From contig NZ_LN831039.1 of assembly GCF_001457595.1 (NCBI RefSeq), positions 2,580,001 through 2,612,000 on the forward strand: 32,000 nucleotides of DNA, written 5' to 3'. A program made the position numbers and the translations under genes. Below, piece by piece: positions 17,907 through 25,446 of this stretch. The notes below the pieces were generated by a model. It did not search any database and was not told the origin of the DNA. It worked only from the letters and a program-made list of their open reading frames with translations. Positions within the stretch are counted from its first letter, which is position 1. The number at the start of each line of letters is the position of its first letter. The DNA is from Mycolicibacterium smegmatis (GTDB lineage: Bacteria; Actinomycetota; Actinomycetes; Mycobacteriales; Mycobacteriaceae).

Positions 17907-19400
17907 ATGAGCACTGTCATCCAGCATTGGCGCGACGGCAAGGTATTTGCCGGTAGCTCGACCGCGACCGCCCCGGTGACCAACCCGGCGACCGGTGCGG
18001 TGACCGGTGAGGTCGCACTGGCCAGTGTCGAGGATGCGCGCGCGGTGATCGACTCGGCCGCCGCGGCGTTCCCGGCGTGGCGCGACACCTCCCTGGCCAA
18101 GCGCACGCAGGTGCTCTTCGCGTTCCGCGAACTGCTCAACGCCCGCAAGGAAGAGGTTGCGGCGATCATCACCGCCGAGCACGGCAAGGTGCTCTCCGAT
18201 GCGCTCGGTGAGGTGACCCGCGGTCTCGAGGTCGTCGAATTCGCTTGCGGCATCCCGCATCTGCTCAAGGGCGGGTTCACCGAGAACGCCTCGACCAAGG
18301 TCGACGTGTACTCCATCAGCCAGCCGCTCGGCCCGGTGGGCATCATCAGCCCGTTCAACTTCCCGGCCATGGTCCCGATGTGGTTCTTCCCGATCGCGAT
18401 CGCCGCGGGCAACACCGTGGTGGTGAAGCCGTCGGAGAAGGATCCGTCGGCCTCGCTGTGGATGGCCGAACTGTGGAAGGAAGCCGGCCTGCCCGACGGC
18501 GTGTTCAACGTCCTGCAGGGTGACAAGACCGCCGTCGACGAACTGCTGACCAACCCCAAGATCAAGGGTGTCAGCTTCGTCGGCTCGACCCCCATCGCCA
18601 AGTACGTCTACGCCACCGGCACCGCCGCGGGCAAGCGCGTGCAGGCCCTCGGCGGCGCGAAGAACCACGCCGTCGTGCTGCCCGACGCCGATCTGGACCT
18701 GGCCGCCGACGCGATGGTCAACGCGGGCTTCGGTTCGGCAGGTGAGCGCTGCATGGCGATCTCCGCCTGCGTCGCCGTCGGCCCGGTCGCCGACGAATTG
18801 GTCGCCAAGATCGCCGAGCGTGCCGCCACGATCAAGACCGGTGACGGCACCAAGGATTCCGACATGGGCCCGCTGGTCACCAAGGCGCACCGCGACAAGG
18901 TGGCCTCCTACATCGACGCCGGTGAGGCCGCAGGCGCCAAGGTCGTGCTCGACGGCCGCACCGTGATCGCCAACGGTGAGGAGGACGGCTTCTGGCTGGG
19001 CCCGACGCTGCTCGACAACGTCACCCCCGAGATGAGCGTCTACACCGACGAGATCTTCGGCCCCGTGCTCTCGGTGGTGCGCGTCGAGACCTACGACGAG
19101 GCGCTCGAGCTCATCAACAACAACCCGTACGGCAACGGCACCGCGATCTTCACCAACGACGGCGGTGCGGCGCGCCGCTTCCAGAACGAGGTCGAGGTCG
19201 GCATGGTCGGCATCAACGTGCCGATCCCGGTTCCCATGGCCTACTACAGCTTCGGTGGCTGGAAGGCCTCGTTGTTCGGCGACACCCACGCCCACGGCAT
19301 CCAGGGTGTGCACTTCTTCACGCGGACCAAGGCCGTCACCAGCCGCTGGCTCGACCCCAGCCACGGTGGTATCAACCTCGGCTTCCCGCAGAACAAGTGA
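17907..19400 (+). CDS. mmsA: CoA-acylating methylmalonate/malonate-semialdehyde dehydrogenase
   Basis: GGAAGG RBS. ALDH fold with catalytic Cys in GSAGERCMAIS and the MMSDH-type GGAKNH segment in place of the ELGGK box. Confidence 0.88.
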   Translation: MSTVIQHWRDGKVFAGSSTATAPVTNPATGAVTGEVALASVEDARAVIDSAAAAFPAWRDTSLAKRTQVLFAFRELLNARKEEVAAIITAEHGKVLSDALGEVTRGLEVVEFACGIPHLLKGGFTENASTKVDVYSISQPLGPVGIISPFNFPAMVPMWFFPIAIAAGNTVVVKPSEKDPSASLWMAELWKEAGLPDGVFNVLQGDKTAVDELLTNPKIKGVSFVGSTPIAKYVYATGTAAGKRVQALGGAKNHAVVLPDADLDLAADAMVNAGFGSAGERCMAISACVAVGPVADELVAKIAERAATIKTGDGTKDSDMGPLVTKAHRDKVASYIDAGEAAGAKVVLDGRTVIANGEEDGFWLGPTLLDNVTPEMSVYTDEIFGPVLSVVRVETYDEALELINNNPYGNGTAIFTNDGGAARRFQNEVEVGMVGINVPIPVPMAYYSFGGWKASLFGDTHAHGIQGVHFFTRTKAVTSRWLDPSHGGINLGFPQNK

Positions 19401-19413
19401 GAGACTGGCAAAC

Positions 19414-20799
19414 ATGACTGCGATTCAAGAGTCCACGCTGCTGCCCAACGGCCTGACCGTTGACACGGCCAAGGCGGAGGCGGCACGGGCCTACGAGCTC
19501 GACCGCGCCCACGTGTTCCACTCCTGGTCCGCCCAGGAGGAGATCTCCCCGATGACCGTCACCGCCGCGCAGGGGTCGTACCTGTGGGACGGCGACGGCA
19601 ACCGGCTGCTGGACTTCTCCAGCCAGCTGGTCAACACCAACATCGGCCATCAGCACCCGAAAGTCGTTGCCGCCATTGCCGAGCAGGCCGCCAAGCTGTG
19701 CACGGTGGCACCGCAGCACGCCAACGCGGCGCGCTCGGAGGCGGCGCGGCTCATCGCCGAGCGCACCCCTGGTGAACTGAACAAGATCTTCTTCACCAAC
19801 GGTGGCGCCGACGCGGTCGAGCACGCCGTGCGCATGGCGCGGCTGCACACCGGCCGCTACAAGGTGCTCTCGCGGTACCGCGCCTACCACGGCGGCACCG
19901 ACACCGCGATCAACCTGACCGGTGACCCGCGCCGCTGGCCCAACGACCGCGGCAACTCGGGGATCGTGCACTTCAACGGGCCGTTCCTGTACCGCTCGTC
20001 GTTCTACGCCGAGACCGAGGAGCAGGAATCCCAGCGCGCGCTGGAGTACCTGGAGAAACTCATCCAGATGGAGGGCCCGTCCACCATCGCCGCGATCATC
20101 CTGGAGTCCATCCCGGGCACCGCGGGCATCATGGTGCCGCCGCCCGGATACCTGGCGGGCGTGCGTGAGCTGTGCACCCGCTACGGCATCGTGTTCATCG
20201 CCGACGAGGTGATGGCGGGCTTCGGACGCAGCGGAAAGTGGTTCTCCATCAACCACTTCGACGTCGTTCCTGACCTGATGACGTTCGCCAAGGGGGTCAA
20301 CTCGGGTTACGTGCCGCTCGGCGGCGTGGCGATCAGCCCGGAGATCTACGAGACCTTCGCGCACCGGGCCTACCCGGGCGGGCTGACCTACTCGGGTCAT
20401 CCGCTGGCGTGTGCGGCGGCCGTGGCGACCATCAACGCGATGGAAGACGAGGGCATGGTCGAGAACGCGGCCAAGGTGGGCGCCGAGGTCATCGGCCCCG
20501 GCCTGGCCGAGTTGGCCGCCAAGCACCGCAGCGTCGGTGAGGTCCGCGGCCTCGGCGTGTTCTGGGCCGTCGAACTGGTCAAGGACCAGAAGACGCGGGA
20601 ACCGTTGGCGCCCTATGGTTCTTCGAGCCCGGCCATGAACGCCGTCATCGCGGCGTGCAAGTCCGGTGGCCTGCTGCCGTTCGCCAACTTCAACCGCATC
20701 CACGTCGTGCCGCCGTGCAACGTCTCGGCCGACGAGGCGCGTGAGGGCCTGGCGATCCTGGACTCTGCGCTCGACGTCGCCGACGAGCACACCGTCTGA
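19414..20799 (+). CDS. Class-III (omega-amino acid:pyruvate type) aminotransferase
   Basis: ATG at 19414, 13 nt after the mmsA stop. DEVMAGFGRSG and PLP-lysine region TFAKGVNSGYVPLGG. The ORF-track start at 19165 is an artefact. Confidence 0.9.
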   Translation: MTAIQESTLLPNGLTVDTAKAEAARAYELDRAHVFHSWSAQEEISPMTVTAAQGSYLWDGDGNRLLDFSSQLVNTNIGHQHPKVVAAIAEQAAKLCTVAPQHANAARSEAARLIAERTPGELNKIFFTNGGADAVEHAVRMARLHTGRYKVLSRYRAYHGGTDTAINLTGDPRRWPNDRGNSGIVHFNGPFLYRSSFYAETEEQESQRALEYLEKLIQMEGPSTIAAIILESIPGTAGIMVPPPGYLAGVRELCTRYGIVFIADEVMAGFGRSGKWFSINHFDVVPDLMTFAKGVNSGYVPLGGVAISPEIYETFAHRAYPGGLTYSGHPLACAAAVATINAMEDEGMVENAAKVGAEVIGPGLAELAAKHRSVGEVRGLGVFWAVELVKDQKTREPLAPYGSSSPAMNAVIAACKSGGLLPFANFNRIHVVPPCNVSADEAREGLAILDSALDVADEHTV

Positions 20800-20810
20800 C
20801 ATCTGTGCCG

Positions 20811-20853
20811 AAATGCCCGGCCGTGCGAGAGATCGCGCGGCCGGGCATTTTTC
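20811..20853 (+). terminator. Intrinsic terminator: 18-bp stem, GAGA tetraloop, U-tract
   Basis: AAATGCCCGGCCGTGCGA-GAGA-TCGCGCGGCCGGGCATTT followed by TT (one G-U pair). Begins 12 nt after the aminotransferase stop. Confidence 0.85.
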
Positions 20854-20912
20854 GTGCTCGACAGAAATTCACGACCATGGACGCAATCTCACCGTCGACT
20901 TGAGACACTGGG

Positions 20913-21689
20913 GTGGTGCGTTCACATGCCCAGTGCTGGCTGACCGATATGGATGGTGTCCTGGTGCGCGAGGAACACGCGCTGCCAGGAGCCGCGGAGT
21001 TCCTGCAAACCCTGGTCGACAAGGAGCGGCCGTTTCTGGTTCTGACAAACAATTCGATCTTCACCCCGCGCGATCTCGCGGCCCGGCTCGCGCGTTCGGG
21101 CCTGACGGTGCCAGAAAGCTCGATCTGGACCTCGGCGCTCGCGACCGCCGCGTTCCTCGACGGTCAGTTGCCGGGCGGTTCGGCGTACGTGATCGGGGAG
21201 GCCGGGCTGACGACGGCCCTGCACGAGGTCGGTTACACCCTGACCGATGTGGAGCCGGATTTCGTCGTGCTGGGGGAGACCCGCACGTATTCGTTCGAGG
21301 CGATCACCCGCGCGATCCGGCTCATCCTCGGCGGTGCCCGGTTCATCGCGACCAACCCCGACGTGACCGGCCCCTCTGCCGAGGGGCCGCTGCCCGCCAC
21401 CGGCTCGGTCGCGGCCATGATCACCAAGGCCACCGGCCGCGAACCCTACTTCGTCGGCAAGCCCAATCCGATGATGTTCCGCAGCGCGCTCAACCGCATC
21501 GAGGCGCATTCGGAGAACACGGTCATGGTCGGCGACCGCATGGACACCGACGTGGTGGCCGGTATCGAGGCCGGCCTGGACACCATCCTGGTGCTCACCG
21601 GGTCGACGGCGGTCGAGGACATCGAGCGTTATCCGTTCCGGCCCAGCCGTGTGCTGCCGTCGATCGCAGAGGCCATCGAACTGATATGA
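20913..21689 (+). CDS. HAD-IIA family hydrolase (NagD-like phosphatase)
   Basis: Motif I LTDMDGVL, motif IV GDRMDTDV, plus FLVLTNNS. Start is GTG at 20913 or 20916. Confidence 0.88.
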   Translation: MVRSHAQCWLTDMDGVLVREEHALPGAAEFLQTLVDKERPFLVLTNNSIFTPRDLAARLARSGLTVPESSIWTSALATAAFLDGQLPGGSAYVIGEAGLTTALHEVGYTLTDVEPDFVVLGETRTYSFEAITRAIRLILGGARFIATNPDVTGPSAEGPLPATGSVAAMITKATGREPYFVGKPNPMMFRSALNRIEAHSENTVMVGDRMDTDVVAGIEAGLDTILVLTGSTAVEDIERYPFRPSRVLPSIAEAIELI

Positions 21690-21705
21690 CACGAACTGAT
21701 ATGAC
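21677..21705 (+). repeat. 14-bp tandem duplication CGAACTGATATGAC (1-nt spacer) spanning the HAD stop codon
   Basis: Copies at 21677-21690 and 21692-21705, read directly. Confidence 0.85.
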
Positions 21706-21728
21706 CCCGTTGAAGTGAACCGGTTGAC

Positions 21729-22148
21729 ATGAGCCTGGATGTCGAGCTGATCGGCGTGCCCTTCGACGGGTACGGGCGGCTCGGCAACCAGGCCCGCGCG
21801 GCCGAGGCGCTACGCAGCGCGGGGATCGCGGGAGCGTTCGGCGCTGCTCGGTCTGACCGGACACACCCTCGAAGGCCCTCTGCGCGAGGCGGTTTCAGTG
21901 TTGCCGCGGGACCGGGTCGTGGTGCTCGGGCCGCGTGATGAGAAGTGGCGCGCACAGTTCGACGTCGGCACGCTCGCGGGCTGCGGTGGGAACAGTTGGC
22001 CGAGGTGGCCGGTACCGTGCTGTCGACCGGACGGTGCGCAGGTCTGAGCCTGGTCATCTACGACCCGGACCAGGATCCCGACGCCGCCGATGCCCGGCGG
22101 ATCGTGGCGTTTCTGACAGACGTGATGCGCCGATCACCCGCCCGCTGA
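21729..22148 (+). pseudogene. Degraded arginase/ureohydrolase-fold gene remnant (three frames, internal deletions)
   Basis: Frame A from 21729 gives MSLDVELIGVPFDGYGRLGNQARAAEALRSAGI. Frame B from 21841 gives ALLGLTGHTLEGPLREAVSVLPRDRVVVLGPRDE. Frame A again gives WEQLAEVAGTVLSTGRCAGLSLVIYDPDQDPDAADARRIVAFL. Total about 140 aa against about 300 expected, and the metal-binding motifs are missing. Confidence 0.5.
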
Positions 22149-22178
22149 GCATGTGGATTGTGGCCCGCTCATACGCGA

Positions 22179-22195
22179 TCGCATAGAGTATCCAA
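22179..22195. promoter_or_regulatory. Candidate GntR operator TCGCATA-GAG-TATCCAA overlapping a TAGAGT -10
   Basis: Reverse complement GATTGGATACTCTATGC matches 15 of 17 positions of the site at 24067-24083. Lies 21 nt upstream of the GntR ATG. Confidence 0.5.
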
Positions 22196-22216
22196 TCTGA
22201 GCGAAAGCGAGATTGC

Positions 22217-22951
22217 ATGGCGCCGCGAACAGCATCCAAGAGCAGCAGCCCGGCCCGGACCGCCAAGGCCGCGGCCACCCGGGCCGACTTCGTGCGCCCC
22301 AAGACGGCCCAGCAGGCCGTGGCCGAGGTGCTGCGGCGGGACATCACCAGCGGCAAGCTCGCACCCGGCAGCTGGATCGTCCAGGAGAGCCTGGCCGAAC
22401 AGTTCGGCCTCTCGCGCATCCCGATCCGGGAGGCGCTGAAGACGCTGGAGGCCGAGGAGTACATCACCTACGTGCCCCACAGCGGCTACCGCGTGGCCAA
22501 ACTGGGGCTCGACGAACTCCTCGAGGTGTTCCGGCTGCGCGACCTCCTGGAGGCCGAACTCATCCGCGACGCCATGCCCGCGGTCACCGACGACATCGTG
22601 GACCTCATGCGCGAGCAGATGGACGACATGGACCGGGCCGCCGAGAAGGGCGACCTGATCGCGCTGGGGTTGGCCAACCGGCAGTTCCACTTCCTGACGT
22701 TCGAGACCAGCACACTCGCGCGCACCAGGCGCATCGTCACCCAGCTGTGGAACACCGCCGACGCCTACCGCCCGCTGTATGCGCACCTCATGGATCTGTC
22801 CAAGGTCAACACCGAGCACATCCTGCTGGTCGACGCGTTCGTGGCGCGCGATGCCGAGCGCGCCGTGGCGATCAACCATGAACACCGCCAGCAGGCGATC
22901 GGCCATCTGCACACCGTATTCGGCGACGAAAAGTCCGAAGACGCCTCATGA
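22217..22951 (+). CDS. GntR-family transcriptional regulator, FadR/FCD subfamily
   Basis: wHTH SLAEQFGLSRIPIREALKTLEAEEYITYVPHSGYRVA followed by an all-helical FCD-like domain. An alternative GTG start exists at 22292. Confidence 0.9.
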   Translation: MAPRTASKSSSPARTAKAAATRADFVRPKTAQQAVAEVLRRDITSGKLAPGSWIVQESLAEQFGLSRIPIREALKTLEAEEYITYVPHSGYRVAKLGLDELLEVFRLRDLLEAELIRDAMPAVTDDIVDLMREQMDDMDRAAEKGDLIALGLANRQFHFLTFETSTLARTRRIVTQLWNTADAYRPLYAHLMDLSKVNTEHILLVDAFVARDAERAVAINHEHRQQAIGHLHTVFGDEKSEDAS

Positions 22952-23409
22952 GTGTCCGGGAGAGACTGTCCGCGTTGGGAATCGAGATTCCCCCGCCCGC
23001 GGAACCGAAAGGTGCGTACTTCCCGAGCCGGCTGGTCGGCGACCAGTTGTGGATCTCCGGGACGACGTCACGGCGGCCCACCGAACCGGGCGCGTTCGGG
23101 ACGGTCGGTGAGGACGTCACGCCCGAGCAGGCGGAAAAACATGCGGGGTACGCGGCGCTGAACCTGATCGCCGCCGTCGACGCGGCCGTCGGTCTCGAGG
23201 CGGTACGCGGGCTCGTCCTTCTGCGCGGCTATGTGCGCGCGTCGCCGCATTTCGACAGCCACCCCGCCGTGATCGACGGCGCGTCGAGAATGCTCATGGA
23301 CGTGTTCGGCGAGCAGCGCGGTGCGCATGCCCGCACGGCCGTCGGGGTGGCGTCGTTGCCGGGTGGGGCATGCGTGGAACTCGAACTCGTCGCATCGGTG
23401 CGGCCCTGA
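22948..23409 (+). CDS. RidA/YjgF-family (enamine/imine deaminase-like) protein
   Basis: ATGA overlap with the GntR stop. 153 aa with C-terminal RTAVGVASLPGGACVELELVASV typical of the family. Confidence 0.85.
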   Translation: MSVRERLSALGIEIPPPAEPKGAYFPSRLVGDQLWISGTTSRRPTEPGAFGTVGEDVTPEQAEKHAGYAALNLIAAVDAAVGLEAVRGLVLLRGYVRASPHFDSHPAVIDGASRMLMDVFGEQRGAHARTAVGVASLPGGACVELELVASVRP

Positions 23410-23411
23410 GG

Positions 23412-24008
23412 TCACGCCACGCGTTCGGCGGTGCGCCCGAGCGCGAGACCGAGGGCGACCCCGGCGATCGCGGTCAACACGATTGCGAGCCAATCCGTTT
23501 CGTGGTCCGCTACGCGCGTGACCGGCGCCGAAGCGAGGGCGGAGGCGGGCGCCGACGCGCCGGCGGGCGTGCTGATGGCCGCGTTGAGCCTGGTGACGAA
23601 CTGGCCGATGATCCGGTTGCCCACCTGCGATATCACGGGACTGCCGAATTGCGATATGCGGCCGCCGAGTTCGAGATCGGTGTGTACGGTCACCTGCGCG
23701 CGGCCCGCGTCGTCGCGGGCGGAGATCCGCACTACGGCCTCGGCGGAGCCCTGCCCCTTGCGGTCGCGCGCGGCGCCGCGCACCACCATCTGGTGGGTCG
23801 TGTCGTCACGGCTGACCACGGTCGCGGTGCCCGTGAGGGTCAACCCGACCGGTCCCACCTTCACGCCGACCCTGGCGCGGTAGTCGTCACCGTCGTGACC
23901 TTCGAGTTCGGCGCCGGGTACGCACCCGATGACGAGTGGAATGTCGGTGAGGGCCGACCAGGCGGTGCCGAGTGGTGCGTCGACGGAGAACTCGTTGATC
24001 AGTTGCAC
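23412..24008 (-). CDS. CoxG-like SRPBCC protein with C-terminal transmembrane tail
   Basis: GTG at 24008: MQLINEFSVDAPLGTAWSALTDIPLVIGCVPGAELEG (CoxG/PF06240-like). Ala/Ser linker, then hydrophobic DWLAIVLTAIAGVALGLALG. Confidence 0.82.
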   Translation of the reverse strand: MQLINEFSVDAPLGTAWSALTDIPLVIGCVPGAELEGHDGDDYRARVGVKVGPVGLTLTGTATVVSRDDTTHQMVVRGAARDRKGQGSAEAVVRISARDDAGRAQVTVHTDLELGGRISQFGSPVISQVGNRIIGQFVTRLNAAISTPAGASAPASALASAPVTRVADHETDWLAIVLTAIAGVALGLALGRTAERVA

Positions 24009-24068
24009 TGCGATCTCTTCTCTGTATTTTCCGTTTCCGGTTGTGTGACCTGAACAACCCCCTTACGA

Positions 24069-24085
24069 TTGGATACACTATCCAA
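24069..24085. promoter_or_regulatory. Perfect 7-3-7 palindrome TTGGATA-CAC-TATCCAA (candidate GntR operator)
   Basis: Lies in the CoxG/LLM divergent region, 18 nt upstream of the LLM ATG. Overlaps the TANNNT hexamers TACGAT and TACACT. Confidence 0.55.
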
Positions 24086-24103
24086 CGTCGTTCCAGGGAG
24101 TCG

Positions 24104-25102
24104 ATGGTGCTGAGCAAGGGTGTCGGTCTCTTCCCGACCGAACCGGTGGGTGCGATGCGCGAATACGTGGGGCTCTGCGAGTCGCTCGGGTATGACAACG
24201 TGTGGTTCGGCGACTCCCAGAACATCTGGCGCGAGTCGTCGACCGTGATGGGCGCGGCCGCGGTCGGAACGGAACGCATCGTGTTCGGCACCGGTGTCAC
24301 CAACGCGGTCACGCGCCACACGTCGCTGCTGGCGTCCACCTGGGCGACACTCGCCGAGTTCACCGGAGGGCGCGTGGCGCTGGGCATCGGAACCGGTGAC
24401 TCCTCGCTGCGGACCATGGGGCTCAAGCCGCAGAGGCTGGCCGAGCTGGAGAAGTCCGTCAGCGATCTGCGTGCCCTCTTCCGGGGCGAGAAGGTCGCCG
24501 AGGCGACCAGTGGCGCCGAGTACCACTTGAACTACCTGAGCGAACCGGTCGACATCCCCATCTACATCGCCGCCTCCGCGCCGAAGATCCTGCGGATGTC
24601 CGGTCGCATCGCCGACGGGGTCATCGTGCTGGTGGGTACCGCCCCGCATTTCATCGAGGCGGCGCTGGAGACCATCGCGGCCGGGGCCGCCGAGAGCGGC
24701 CGCACCCTCGACGATCTCCACATCGTGTTGTGGACCCCCACGGCGATCGACGACGACCGCACCAAGGCCAGGGACCTGGTACGGGCCCACGTGTCACGCG
24801 TGGCGATCCGGCCGTTGCCTGCCAAGGTGGCACCCGAACTGGAAGAGGCGATCGACCGGATCCGCACGTCCTACAACTACTACGAGCACATGAACACCGA
24901 GGCGTCGCACGCCGATCTCGTGCCCGACGAACTCGTCGACCTGTTCGCGCTGGCGGGTACGCCGGCCGAATGCGGACAACGGCTCAAGGAGATCGAGGCT
25001 CTCGGGGTGGATCAGGTGTCGATCGTCCCGTTCGTCCGGCCCGGTGAGAGCCGGGCGCCGACGATCCGGACGTTCGCCGAACTCGTGGGCGGCCATGGCT
25101 GA
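24104..25102 (+). CDS. Luciferase-like (LLM) flavin/F420-dependent oxidoreductase
   Basis: ATG at 24104 after GGGAG. LGYDNVWFGDSQ, GRVALGIGTGDS and the C-terminal LAGTPAECGQRLKEIEALGVDQVSIVPF are typical of the Mer-like LLM class. The cofactor class is not decidable by eye. Confidence 0.85.
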   Translation: MVLSKGVGLFPTEPVGAMREYVGLCESLGYDNVWFGDSQNIWRESSTVMGAAAVGTERIVFGTGVTNAVTRHTSLLASTWATLAEFTGGRVALGIGTGDSSLRTMGLKPQRLAELEKSVSDLRALFRGEKVAEATSGAEYHLNYLSEPVDIPIYIAASAPKILRMSGRIADGVIVLVGTAPHFIEAALETIAAGAAESGRTLDDLHIVLWTPTAIDDDRTKARDLVRAHVSRVAIRPLPAKVAPELEEAIDRIRTSYNYYEHMNTEASHADLVPDELVDLFALAGTPAECGQRLKEIEALGVDQVSIVPFVRPGESRAPTIRTFAELVGGHG

Positions 25103-25412
25103 TCCGGCAACCGAGCAGCGCACGTTCCCGGCGCCGGGCAGCGCCGTCCCCGGTGCGCCACCTCCGTTGCGGCGGCCACTCACGCCTGCCGACGGGGTCC
25201 CGGTCGGACCCCGCCCCGAAACCGCTGCGGTACCTGCCGATCCGCCGTCGCACGGTGTGCCCGCGGCACGCGACACCACGGGGGCGCGCTTCACGGCCGC
25301 GGCGGCGCTCTTCGGCATCGCGGTCGGTCTGGAACTGGCCGGCCTGCTGAGCACTCGCGCGCGGTCTTTCCGCCGCAGACATGTCGAACCCAGATCACAC
25401 CGGCTCGTATAG
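25095..25412 (+). CDS. Hypothetical Pro-rich small protein with one predicted TM helix (uncertain gene)
   Basis: ATG overlaps the LLM stop (ATGGCTGA). 105 aa with hydrophobic FTAAAALFGIAVGLELAGLL. Third-position GC is about 75% by my count, lower than I would expect for genes in such a GC-rich genome (not measured here), so this may be non-coding. Confidence 0.3.
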   Translation: MADPATEQRTFPAPGSAVPGAPPPLRRPLTPADGVPVGPRPETAAVPADPPSHGVPAARDTTGARFTAAAALFGIAVGLELAGLLSTRARSFRRRHVEPRSHRLV

Positions 25413-25446
25413 AACACCCGAATTCCCCTACCGGAGGTTGCGTCAG

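Noticed and set aside
17793-19415. 540-aa minus-strand ORF almost exactly co-extensive with mmsA, and the similar 476-aa ORF at 19372-20802 opposite the aminotransferase
   Set aside because: Typical GC-rich shadow ORFs. The translations are Gly/Arg/Asp/Val-rich low-complexity with no recognisable motifs, while the plus-strand frames carry complete, well-known enzyme motifs.
21945-22148. Stand-alone 67-aa gene, and the 69-aa ORF at 21729-21938
   Set aside because: Better explained as the C- and N-terminal pieces of one decayed ureohydrolase-fold gene. A third piece sits in another frame between them.
25340-25446. Possible TPP riboswitch upstream of the NMT1/THI5-like binding protein (CTGAGC ... 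GAACCCAGATCACACCGG)
   Set aside because: Only superficial resemblance. The conserved ACCUGAUC.GG.UAAU.CC.GCG core and the pairing partners of the CUGAGA element are absent. An Infernal scan would settle it, but by eye it does not fit.
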